Assembly: GCA_051362555.1 (NCBI GenBank)
Contig: CM120648.1
Span: 18,100,587-18,164,586, forward strand
Reading direction: 5' to 3'
Length of the DNA: 64,000 nucleotides
Origin: Lingula anatina
Taxonomy: Eukaryota > Animalia > Brachiopoda
The notes beneath the pieces are model-generated. The model was given only the letters and a program-made list of their open reading frames with translations, did not search any database and was not told the origin of the DNA. Made by a program: the position numbers and the translations under genes. Positions 52,029 through 64,000 of the stretch are shown here, in pieces (position 1 is the stretch's first letter; every line of letters starts with the position of its first letter).

Positions 52029-55000
52029 ATTGTACCACCAGCATTAGCGCTGGCGGTACACATGGTTTGTCCGGATCGTTCCACCGGCTCCGCCGGCTCC
52101 TGCGGCTCCGCCGGACGGCTACCGTTACCACTTCTCCTCCTAGACGGTAAGGACCCCGTACCCATCTCTTGGATTTAGGTCACCTATAATCTCAACTCGT
52201 TCCACGTAAAATTTGGGCTTTGTCCGTATTGGGGTCTAGGTGTGGCACTCATTGCAATGCACCCTTGTCTAAAAATGGCAAAATTAAATGCTAATTATCT
52301 ACCCTACGGATGGAATTATGGGAAAAATTTCTACAGACGGCTTTCCAAAAGTCATATGTGTAGATTTCAAATATGCCCTTGGATTTGACCTTTGACCTTT
52401 ATTTCAAGGTCAAATGGGCCAAAATTTTCAAAAAAATTAATTTTTTTACGAAAAAAAAATTATTTGCCCTGTTATTCAGACACCACACAGACTTAACCAA
52501 TAATATTATTGGAAGTTGTTACCCTTCAGGTCATCTTTCATCTCCGTGAATTTGGGGTCAATCGGTGCATTTTCACGGGTGTAGCGGCCATAAGATACCG
52601 AAACTGAAAACTGTCTCTAATTTGGGAACCGTTAACGCTAGAGACCCATTCTTTTTTGCATTTTGTAGAGCATGTAAAGCCCAACACTGAAGGTGGTCTC
52701 CGTTTTTTTGTATTCCATACGGTTTTCGAGTTACGCTGTATCAAAAAGTACATATTGGTGGTGAAAGCAAAACGTGCAGTACGGTTATGGATAATAAATT
52801 TTGAACTCCAAAAAAAAAAATATATATAAGGCTTGGCAAAGCAGACAACATGTGGTCAAAAATGACATTATTTCATCAAATTTGAACTTCTGGAACTTCA
52901 GAGCACCTCCCATTTCAAGAATTTTGACCAAAATGACCTTTTCTTTATTTTAATTAATTTTTTTCTGTAGGAAATTTATGGCACATTATGGTAACTCCAA
53001 AATTATAACATTTAGTCCCTTATATCTCCAAAACTGGCAGAGATAGGTCCAAAGTTACTATTGAAGTTGAATAGGAAGTCATATACTGGCAATCTTACTG
53101 TGACCTTGAAATTGACCTTTGACCTACTTTTCACCATGAATTGAACTTTGCAAATTTTGCTTCCCTTTTATCTCCAAAACTGGCAGAGATAGGTCCATAG
53201 TTACTATTGAAGTTGAATAGGAAGTCATATACTGGCAATCTAAATGTGACCTTAAAATTGACCTTTGGCCTACTTTTCACCATGAACTGAACTTTATGAA
53301 TTTTGCTTCCCTTTTATCTCCAAAACTGGCAGAGATAGGTCCATAGATACTATTGAACTTGAATAGGAAGTCATATACTGGCAATCTAAATGTGACCTTA
53401 AAATTGACCTTTGACCTACTTTTCACCATGAACTGAACTCTGCTAATTTCTTTCTCTTTTAACTCCAAACCTGGCAGAGATAGGTTCATAGTTACTATTG
53501 AAGTTGAATAGGAAGTCATATACTGGCAATCTATATGTGACCTTGAAATTGACCTTTGACCTACTTTTCACCATGAATTGAACTTTGCAAATTTTGCTTC
53601 CATTTTATCTCCAAAACTGGCACAGATAGGTCCATAGTTGCTCTTGAACTTGAATAGGAAGTCATCTCCTGGCAATCTAAGTGTGACCTTGAAATTGACC
53701 TTTGACCTACTTATTATCATGAACTGAACTCTGCTAATTTCTTTCTCTTTTAACTCCAAACCTGGCAGAGATAGGTCCATAGTTACTATTGAAGTTAAAT
53801 ATGAAGTCATATTCCGGCAATTTACTGTTACCTTGAAATTGACCTTTGACCTTCTTTTCACCATGAACTGAACTTTGCATATTTTGCTTCCCTTTTATCT
53901 TCAAAACTGGCAGAGATATGTCCATGGTTACTATTGAACTTGAATAGGAAGTCATATACTGGCAATCTTACTGTGACCTTGAAATTGACATTTGACCTAC
54001 TTTTCACCATGAACTGAACTTTGCAAATTTTGCTTCCATTTTATCTCCAAAGTTACGCTGTATCAAAAAGTACATTGGTGGTGAAAGCAAAATGTGCAGT
54101 ACGGTAATGGATAATAAATTTTGAACTCCAGAAAAATAAATCATAAGGCTTGGCAAAGCAGACAACTCATGGTCAAAAATGACATTATATCATCAAATTT
54201 GAACATCTCGAACTTCAGAACACCTCCTATTTCAAGAATTTTGACCAAAATGACCTTTTCTTTATTTTAATTAATTATTTCTGTAGGAAATTTATGGCAC
54301 ATTATGGTAACTCCAAAATTATAACATTTAGTCCCTTATATCTCCAAAACTGGCAGAGATAGGTCCATAGTTACTATTGAAGTTGAATAGGAAGTCATAT
54401 ACTGGCAATCTTACTGTGACCTTGAAATTGACCTTTGACCTACTTTTCACCATGAACTGAACTTTGCAAATTTTGCTTCCCTTTTATCTCCAAAACTGGC
54501 AGAAAGGTCCATAGTTACTATTGAAGTTGAATAGGAAGTCATATACTGGCAATCTTAATGTGACCTTAAAATTGACCTTTGGCCTACTTTTCACCATGAA
54601 CTGAACTTTACGAATTTTGCTTCCCTTTTATCTCCAAAACTGGCAGAGATAGGTACTATTAAACTTGAATAGAAGTCATATACTGGCAATTTACTGTGAC
54701 CTTGAAATTGACCTTTGACCTACTTTTCACCATGAACTGAACTTTGCAAATTTTGCTTCCCTTTTATCTCCAAAACTGGCAGAAAGGTCCATAGTTACTA
54801 TTGAAGTTGAATAGGAAGTCATATACTGGCAATCTTACTGTGACCTTGAAATTGACCTTTGACCTACTTTTCACCATGAACTGAACTTTGCAAATTTTGC
54901 TTCCCTTTTATCTCCAAAACTGGCAGAAAGGTCCATAGTTACTATTGAAGTTGAATAGGAAGTCATATACTGGCAATCTTACTGTGACCTTGAAATTGAC

Positions 55001-55503
55001 CTTTGACCTACTTTTCACCATGAACTGAACTTTGCAAATTTTGCTTCCCTTTTATCTCCAAAACTGGCAGAAAGGTCCATAGTTACTATTGAAGTTGAAT
55101 AGGAAGTCATATACTGGCAATCTTAATGTGACCTTAAAATTGACCTTTGGCCTACTTTTCACCATGAACTGAACTTTACGAATTTTGCTTCCCTTTTATC
55201 TCCAAAACTGGCAGAGATAGGTACTATTAAACTTGAATAGAAGTCATATACTGGCAATTTACTGTGACCTTGAAATTGACCTTTGACCTACCTTATGATG
55301 AATTCACTTTGATTGTACCATTTTAAGTTATGTATATTTTTTGCATATTCTGAAAATTCTTGTTGATTGCATTTTTACAGCTTGTCAAGCACAAAACTGG
55401 TGGCTGTGTCCCTTACTTTGTGTATGTGGGGGTCTATACGAATGCGCTTGCTCCAGCTGGTGGTACAATATTTGGAGGCGGTATCGCCTCTCTGATCCTC
55501 TAG
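52029..55503 (+). mobile_element. HINE family A, complete copy with two arrays of 146-bp repeats
   Basis: Same ends as 36101-37979; arrays at about 53020-54050 and 54335-55290; TATCTCC recurs at 53023, 53169 and 53315. Confidence 0.8.
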
Positions 55504-55713
55504 TTTTAAATGGTTCCGATGAGTGTTTTAGATTTTAATATTGTAGTAATTTTAAGGATTTTAGTTATATTATCCATTGTAAGCCGCCCAATAAGAAACA
55601 TTATTATTATTATTATTATATTAATTGGCGCTATTTTTTAGCAATGCTGAGGAGAAAACACTGATTAATATTCATCTTTGCAATTACCTCAAGGCTTTAT
55701 ATACATTTTTCAG

Positions 55714-55838
55714 AGTTTATTATGTTTTGGTTAAACTCAATCCATATGCACACTATTGGAAAATTGAGGGAAGAAGACAAAAATGCCATGCCATACGTCT
55801 TGATTATTGGAACTCATAAGGACATGTTATGCGCACAG
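55714..55838 (+). CDS. Exon 7: Roc G4 region
   Basis: EFIMFWLNSIHMHT...PYVLIIGTHKD; TTTTTCAG acceptor, CAG|GTGAAA donor; phase 1 to 0. Confidence 0.9.
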
Positions 55839-56216
55839 GTGAAAATGCTTTTCTTATCACAATTATTCAATTACTACCATACTTATTCTATGTATAATTT
55901 GTATCCCTTCAACCATATCACGATTCCTGACGAGTGACTTAATTATTTAGAAACTTTTCACTATGTGACTATTTGTGGATGGCATGATTTAATGTTGGGG
56001 GAAAAGGGTGTTCCTTGCCCCCTGTACTCCATCCTAATTTTATATGTTCATTGCAACATACCCCATTTCTCAACTTGAACAAAGTGGACTATATCATATA
56101 CACACATACACATACACACACCCCGGTAAATGTTTTCCTTTACACTGACAATTTAACATTATTATATGGTAATGAACAACAACTACAAAAATGTCTTATC
56201 TAGTTTTTATTCATAG

Positions 56217-57399
56217 GGCGACGTTGAAAAGATTTTTGATAAACTCAAGAAGTGTCTCGACGACAGGCAGGTACTCAAGGACCACGTCTACCGATATTTT
56301 GCCATAAGCAACTTGGCCGAAGATGATGGGGAGTTCGCTGAAATAAAAAAAGCGATCGAAGATTTGTGCGGTTATAGCAGCAACAGTATTGCTACCGTTC
56401 AACATCTTTCAGTGAATTGGATTAAATTGGAAATGAATTTGGCAGAGAAGAGTGAAGAAACCCCCATCATATCTATTGAAAAACTGAGGGAAATGGCAAA
56501 AAGGGTAGGACTCCCTGATGAAGAATTACAAGAAAAGTTCATTCCTTACCATCACCGTCAAGGCGACATCCTACACTTCAAAGTTGATGGACTGGAAAAT
56601 GTCGTCATAATAGATCCACTTTGGTTAGCAGATGTGTTTTCTGCCATCATGACCAATGCCAGCAGTCAACCTGGAGGCAGTCACTTTGATCTCCTGAAAG
56701 ACGATCTGAAAAGAGGAGTGCTCAATGAGGAGGTATTTGATGAATATCTAAAACAAATCAAAATGGCCGAAAAAAAGACTGAAATCATTCAACTTATGCT
56801 GCATTTCGACTTGATGTTAGAAATATCCCAATCAGTTGAAAACCCTCTGCCCGGGTCTGGAAAGAGAAGATTCGTCGTGCCCAGTATGCTGGTATCCAAT
56901 AACAGTGTAAATAACGCCTTGTCTGAGACGGATCCACAGAAATATTTGCTTATCGCATTCCCTCACATTCTGTTTCCTACCGGGTTGTTTCATCTTCTGA
57001 TCATCCGTCTTCTTAGGAAGTATAGAGCTCAGGAATATAAACATAACATTCCAGTTGTTGGGTTTGACCATGCCTCCTTCCGTTTGGGAGACGAACAGTC
57101 GGTGCTCCATCTCGCCATTGAAGAAAGGGCCATGAGAATGATGATAACAAATGCTACTGGAAACAAACCAAAACCTGACATATACTCCAATGCACGGGAA
57201 ACCGTTGAAAAAGAACTGTCAACTCTTCGGGACACGTACTGTCCCAGGATGCAGTTAGGCTTTTGCATTCGGTTAAAAGACAAAGGAAAAGATATTCCAA
57301 TAAAAGCAGAAGACGTCCAAGAAAACGATGAGATATGTAGATCTGTAGAGGGCACTGAAATGCCAATTGATGTGACACCGTATCGTGTTTGGTTTTCAG
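56217..57399 (+). CDS. Exon 8: Roc G5 plus COR domain
   Basis: FAISN, then NWIKLE, HHRQGDILHF...VVIIDPLWLADVFSAI, FVVPSML, FPTGLFHLLIIRLL; TAG acceptor, TCAG|GTAAGC donor. Confidence 0.9.
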
Positions 57400-58135
57400 G
57401 TAAGCATTAAAATTTTAGGTAGTTTTGCTGTGAACAGACATTGTTCCTGAATATAATTAGGGGTAATGTAGTCATTGAAATCGGTGTTAAACTGATGTAA
57501 ATGCAACTAATCATATTGGGTGATGTACTAAGATTTACATGAAGAGAATTAATATTTCAAATTGTTGCCAATAAACCAAACTTTATATATTTTAAAATAA
57601 TGTAACTTGATAAATACCCAAAGGTATTTTTTATAATCCCCGAAAATGATATATCAGCATTTTTCCCCTTGGCAAATTTTGCCCATCGCCTTTGTTAGAA
57701 CAATATAAATATCTCCCACAAAATCATGCAATTTATATTTTAATCATTCCAACAATATGAGTTTTACATGGGCATCAACGTCTGTGTGAGGGTAAGACTG
57801 TTGCAATTCTATGTGCCGAACATTTTTCATATAAACTGTCCCATATTAGATTTATTACCCAGCCATGCACGTGGCTAGAATTGTTTTAACTTCTAATTTA
57901 AAAACAAATGCCCAAGCATATTTGGAAAACATTTAATGACAAAAATAAATACTATGCCCTGGTCGTATTTTGAGAATTTACCTGCGGTGCAGAAGGTAAA
58001 TGTACAGCAGGTTACCTTTTGCTCACAACACATATCTATTAATAAGTTTCTTCATACTTAAATTACATGTATATTATTCATTGCTAATTATTGTTCATCA
58101 TGTGCATATTCTTGTAATCCTTCTTATTCTTACAG

Positions 58136-58168
58136 TGAGTGCACAGGCAGTACAAGCAAGTGATCCAG
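58136..58168 (+). CDS. Exon 9: 33-nt linker micro-exon (VSAQAVQASDP)
   Basis: Pyrimidine tract plus TTACAG, CAG|GTAATT donor, phase 1-1. Confidence 0.55.
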
Positions 58169-58474
58169 GTAATTTTGTATTTGGTAGTGCTTAGCTTAGG
58201 CTAAGAAGTACAAGCATTATTCTTATTTTTACTTCTATTTTTATCTTTTAACTTACAAATCTTCAATATAAAGAAATAGCGTATTGTTACTAGCATGTAC
58301 CCCCTGTTCATATGACAGTACATTTCACTGACTACATATTTCTCCCATAATGCAGTGGTGGTTGCCGCATATTTTACACAAACACACACACACTAGTATA
58401 CTACTCTATCTCTCTTTCCCTATAAAATTCTTGTACAAAAAGCATTGATCATTATCATATTTTTCTATTAGTAG

Positions 58475-59226
58475 GTGTGAATGCCCCAGATGTGTCATCT
58501 GTTTATACACAGAGGTTTGCAAGGCTGAGTTTTCTCGTTATTGAACTTGGAACGAAAGTCATTAGAACTTTCTTTCTCAAGGATGTTGTTAGGCCTGGCA
58601 TCACTAATGGTGAGCACATCAGTGATAAAGATGCAGTGCTTCAGTTTTTTGGTAAGCATGACGTGATAAGGGAACTTGAGAAACTCAAGAAAACAAAAGT
58701 CATATATGCTTCTCAGTGGAATCTTTTGTACCCTGCCTCTGGTCATACAGATGTGGAAACGTTTGACATTACATTGCTGGTGTTATTGATAAGAAATCTT
58801 CACCCAGACAAAGCCAACCTGAAATGGTCAGCGCTCAAAGAAAATGCCACTTTATCTTCCTCTCCACAAACAACACAAGGTTTCATTGACCACATCCAAC
58901 GGCTTAAGAATGTCAGGAACTATATACAGCATTCCGCCACATTTGGGATCCAAGACATGGAGAAATTCTGCACGAAATGGGAAATCGCCTGTGCTTCTGT
59001 TCTAGCACTTGGTGCAGATCCAAATGAAGTGGAAAAGGTACAGAAATCCATCTTTAGCATACAGGAGATAGATACAATAGTGTGTGAAATACGCAGCTCG
59101 GCCGAAGATAACAAACGGCATTTCGACAACAGATTTGACAGGCTTGAATTATTAATATTCTCTGCATGTGCCGTTCTCTTTGCCGTCCTCATTGCGTTAG
59201 CCATAAATTACCAGTGGTGGATTTAG
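58475..59226 (+). CDS. Exon 10: DZIP3/hRUL138-like HEPN domain plus C-terminal transmembrane helix
   Basis: RFARLSFLVIELGTKVIR, SQWNLLYP, FDITLLVLLIRNL, HIQRLKNVRNYIQH (RxxxxH), terminal LLIFSACAVLFAVLIALAINYQWWI then stop. Confidence 0.85.
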
Positions 59227-59988
59227 GTGGGGAGGGGGTCAGGGGGATCCTGATTTCTGAAAAAAAATCACACTAGTATTCCCCTCTTGAAATTAGAATT
59301 TTGACTAGCTAAATTATAGTTCTAAATAGAACTGAATGAAACTGTTCTCCCTATAAAGTATCAAATTTCTTCGGGGCCTTTTGTATCTCATGGAACTGAA
59401 TCAGTTGCCAGTTTTTCATGTTACCCGTAGTGCATTATACAAGAGGGTAAGAGTGATTATGCTTTTATGTAACAGTGCATCAAAATTGGCCAAAACATTA
59501 TTTTGTGCACTTTTTTTCTGTAGTCTGAATATTTCACAGTTTAACTTTTGCTGCCTTGTTTCTTGGTGTCTGTATATTTGCAAGCTTTGTATATTTTTTT
59601 AATTGAAATGTTGGAATATAAGTAAAAGTAAAATGTCTGGATATTAGGTAAGATTTTTTGAAAATATTTACCAGATTACACATAGACCTCGACCCCGGAT
59701 TATGGAACGATATTTGACGTTTTTCAGCTTTGCACAGTCTGCGTATAAAAATGAACGTAATCTAATCTCTAATACTTTGCATGTAGCTACGATAGAGCTT
59801 TATTTACTATCTTGTAAAGCTTAATCCATATGATTGGGGTTACTATTGGAGAAAAACGCTAAAATAATGGTTAACTTCTTGTTGTTCTCAAACCCCGGAT
59901 TATGGAACAAAACCGGAAGTGCGCAGATAACGTTGCGTCAGAGATTGTTAGATAAGATGCAAGGCAATATGTAGCGCAGGCGGTCTAT

Positions 59989-62549
59989 TAACCGATTACA
60001 GTGACGTCATATTTGCTCCGTAACACTAGTCCCGCGGCCATGCTGGAGGGAATGAACGACGGGGAATAGTAGCGTAAATATAGGTAAACCAAAGAAAATA
60101 AAGTACACTTCATATCACGATCAAGGACACCAAAGGGAAAAGGATATATACAAGCTGAGGCTTCAGCTGCTCAGCGGGATCGACCGATATGAACTCAAGA
60201 CAGTCTAAAAACGTGAAATCCTACTAAATGCTACTTACCCAACATCGTGTTGTCAGAAGATAGTTCAGTTATCTTGTACTTCATTTTTCTTGTTCATTGG
60301 GTAATAACAGTTATAGTTTGAGAGAGTTTAATGTGTAATCATAAGTTTAACCTTAAATAGAAGCAACTGTTTTCATAAAGGATAGATATAAGAAATTTAA
60401 GCTGATCATCAGGATAAACCCTTGTGGATTCAAGGAAGAATGTATGATTGTCTTATGACATGAAATATTGCTGTTAGTTATGACTTATCTTTACATCGTG
60501 AAGCTGTCAGAAATTATTTCAGCATTCTTGTACTTCATATTGGTTCATTAGAAAGTACATGTAACAAGACTGTTGTTAATTCATATAAGCAACATTGTTA
60601 GCATTTTATTATTAGTTCAGTCATTCACAGAAGCATTTGTTAGGCACTACAAATATCCTCAAACCTCAGTTTACGTGGGACTTAGAGAATGGGAATTTGC
60701 CATGGGACTATACACTTGATATCAATGGAGCAATAGAAACTATGTCAATGATGAAAAAGACATGTCCTTTGTATCAAAATAAAGGTGGTAAGTTGTGTTG
60801 TAAATAAGTTTTCAAAATACATCTACATGTACTGTCATAAAAAGTATTGTATCAAACTGATTTTATAAAATTTAATATACCATTTGCATTGAAAATATTT
60901 TGCTAGGTATTCAGTGAACAAAATTCATATATTTTAAATTTACTTTAAAACTGCAATATCAGGTATTTGTTGTTCTCTTTTTTTAATGTAAAGCCTAACT
61001 ATATTGGGGTTTTCAGATGCTATTGTTTATACAGAAGTAAAGTATGCAGAACATTTGCTCTATACCATCATCAACTTTTTAAATTATTTCAGCATTCTTG
61101 TACTTCATTTTGGTTCATTAGAAAGTACATGTAACGAGACTGTTGTTTGAGAGAGTTTAATATTCACCATGAATGCAACCATTCATATAAGCAACATTGT
61201 TAGGATTTTATTATTATTCAGTCATTCACAGAAGCAAGGCATTTTTCACACTTATGTATTTATGATTTCCAATGTAATATAACAATAATTCAGTTCATGA
61301 ATTGATTTCTACAACCATTTGCTTAAACATATAGGAAAAGTGCACATTTTGTATGAATAAAAGTGAACATGAAATGCTGAGTTCTGAGTGTCGCTTCAAT
61401 TAAATAACTCCTGTCATGCACTGGATTTCACTCTCCTGATGTTCAGATCCTGTCTCCTCAGCTGGTCACAAAGATCTAGGAATATTTTTTGCTGCTTCTA
61501 CCTTGTGTGTCATCTAGCTGCCTTTTGTACGTGTCATCAAAAGCTTCCGTTTTTTTTTTTTTTTTAATAATTTACTTGCACCCAATCAGTGTGGCTTGGT
61601 GGGAAATGCTTGATCAATTTCCTAAATGTAAATTAATATAAAGATAACAATAGTGATTTTTATTCATATTATAACTTACAACATTACAGTTGAAAGGAGC
61701 AGAATTTAACATTTTTACAGAGGAAAGTGCAAAATTATTTCATGAGCTAGGTTATTAAAGTTATATGTCAATTACACCTGAGGTAGAATTTACTTGCAAA
61801 ATAAAATTACTCTTATCACTACACCAAATCGAAAATTAAGTCACTAACTTCCAAATACATTTCATACAGGTAATTGATTTAATTGGCCAGCTCAGCTGCG
61901 TACATTACAAATATAGCCTTGACACTAATTGGGAATAATGCTAACCAGGTATAAAAGAGGTAGGTGACAGCCGATAAAATCTAGAGAGCACCGTAACTGA
62001 TAACAAATTACACCCAAGGCAATAGGTGAGTCTTCATTATAAAAGTCGAAACCCTGCCTGGGTATGTCAACACGTTTTAACAAATTAACACACTCTCCAC
62101 CCACACTTTTTGGGCACTACTTTAAATATATACGTTCGCTCCAAACGTACACACCTAGGTCTTTGGTGTTCTACTGTTTTTTCTTTTATGGTAAAATCTG
62201 CACAGTTGGCTCTTCATTCTTTGCTATAAAATAAATTAGTTTTATCCTTTACTTTTCTGAAGAGTCTTGATTCAAAGCCACCTCGCCGTGTCTCCTCCGT
62301 TTATGGTTTTAGTTCCTTCACCATGGATTTTTACCACTGCAGGCAGTCTGTGAACGCTTGTAAAGTTAGTTACCTTCTCTCGGCCAAATACCCTGCAGTA
62401 ATTCATCATTTTGCTCGGTTAAATATGAAAGAAAATACAGAAAACGAAAACTGAACTACAGACATGGCTTGTTCATGCGCAGCAGACGATTCCGGTCTCC
62501 CTCCAGTATGGCTGCCGTTTGTTTTGATGACGCAGGCTCTAATGGGTCA
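59989..62549. mobile_element. Degenerate ISL2EU/Harbinger-group DNA transposon
   Basis: Imperfect TIRs T(A/G)ACC(G/C)ATTA(C/G)AG with AT flanks, inverted GC(G/A)GCCAT(G/A)CTGGAGGGA motifs, minus-strand THAP-like remnant MNYCRVFG...HRLPAVVKIHGE, plus-strand YKLRLQLLSGIDRYEL. Confidence 0.5.
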
Positions 62550-63460
62550 ATAAAAGACAATAAAACGGCAAATGCGCATTATATTGCGAATATCAATGAA
62601 CATAACAGCAGTTGTTATTCATATTTAGTTGGTCTTCTACTTTTAAACACAAATAGGGGCCTATTGCTAAAAAATGGAATAGTCCACTCATTTACCACTG
62701 CCTTGATCGGATTATGGAACAAAACGAGAAGTTGCCGCTACGTCGGAGTATCGAAGCGATATTTAGTAGTCTGGTCATTTAAAATGCCAAATTGAAAATA
62801 CTGTATTCATTATTATGAAAGAATAATATTGATATTTCTCATTTTATTCTCATCGATCATTCATTTGGCCAGCCTTCAGGTAACAACACCAGTAATGATT
62901 CAAAATAAAATCTTTAATTCATGATAACAAAACTAGCAATTAACATTAACAGCTCACACACCACCAACAAAGAGTTTATCGAAAGTGTGACAAATACAAT
63001 AAAAATAAATAAATAAAAAAAGACCGAGAACTCATGTAACAGACTAGTGCTGTGACCTAACAAAGAGATGAATGTATTCAGTTTAACAGCGCTGACCTTT
63101 ATAAAATGCATTAAACCTTTAACTCCATAAAACGAAATCACTGCAATTTATTCTATTATTATACTGTCTCGCAACTCTGTTCACCATATGGAAAAATAAT
63201 GTGCGTTTGTGTTATGTACGTATGTATGTTTATTTTTACGTTGCGTTGTTTGTCACGCACAAGAACATATCACTTGTAGGCCCATGTACTTTTGCGGTAT
63301 AAGTAAGAAAAAAAAAACAATATAAATCTTTAAAAAATATATAAAACAAAAGAACTCAACCAATGTTTCTCCTTTACTGAGGTAAATTCCAGCAGATATA
63401 ACACAGGAAACGTCCAAAAATGTAGTGGTTTAAGCGCAAGTGAAATGTTCTTGCGCGTTA

Positions 63461-63700
63461 AGCCTAGGTCCCAAATACGTTTTGGACGCACGGTTTTTTA
63501 GTTCCTTGCGTCCGGCTAGGACGTAGCTAGATCGCACGTAGCGGCTGTTGATCATGTCGAAAAGTTACTACGTGCTGTTTGCGTCTTCCAAAAGTCGCAC
63601 GATGGATGTGCTCCTCACACACAAACTCCCAAGTTTTTCCCATTTTTTTTTGGCCGTAGACCACACGTAGCAGCCCGTACGTTCGGTTGGGACCTAGGCT
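63461..63700. mobile_element. PIF/Harbinger MITE (240 bp)
   Basis: TIR AGCCTAGGTCCCAA / TTGGGACCTAGGCT with TTA TSD. Confidence 0.85.
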
Positions 63701-64000
63701 TTACAAACAACGCAACGTAAATTTTTTTTCTCTCTCTTCTTCATTCTTATCTTTTCTACGTACGTTTCACCTCCAATGCCCTCTGTGCCTTTCGCTCTCG
63801 TACCTCAGCCTTCTTCCTCTCCCTCTCCACGCCCGCTCTTCTCTTCTCCTCTTTCTCCATTCTTCGCTTATTGCCATCTTCGGCTTATCTCAACCCCCAG
63901 TCACTCACTATAATAAGGCAGTAGTGGACTAGAGCTGCCTCATCAGAGTGACTGAGGGCCAACTTCCCATAACCACCTCCCTTGAGAGCACCTGTGGTAT

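Larger units (their letters stand above)
14936..59226 (+). other. Spliced ROCO-family gene: NHL repeats - Roc GTPase - COR - HEPN(DZIP3-like) - TM, about 1257 aa, 10 exons
   Basis: Exons 14936-15881, 24989-25219, 25669-25824, 26123-26173, 40400-40450, 51585-51830, 55714-55838, 56217-57399, 58136-58168 and 58475-59226 join in one open frame (3774 nt) with GT-AG ends. Confidence 0.75.

Noticed and set aside
53020-55290. CRISPR-like regular repeats
   Set aside because: Whole units repeat with no unique spacers; eukaryotic satellite, no cas genes

Overview
AT-rich, intron- and repeat-rich animal DNA, probably from a marine invertebrate (the taxon cannot be fixed from sequence alone). The main feature is one spliced + strand gene, reconstructed by hand from 10 phase-compatible GT-AG exons (14936-59226, about 1257 aa). 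Its architecture is N-terminal NHL beta-propeller, Roc GTPase (G1-G5 spread over exons 2-8), COR, DZIP3-type HEPN domain with an intact RxxxxH motif, and a C-terminal tail-anchor helix. This looks like a membrane-anchored sensor/GTPase-switch/RNase immune effector. Its introns hold an apparently intact hAT transposon with a non-canonical TSD, several Helentron-like non-autonomous elements with satellite arrays, and a full-length L1-clade retrotransposon whose ORF1 ends in an IMPACT/UPF0029-like domain. That L1 itself hosts a DNA transposon carrying an old LTR-element relic. The flanks contain pogo-like, Harbinger/ISL2EU-like and MITE remnants. All domain calls come from motif recognition and recall, not database searches.
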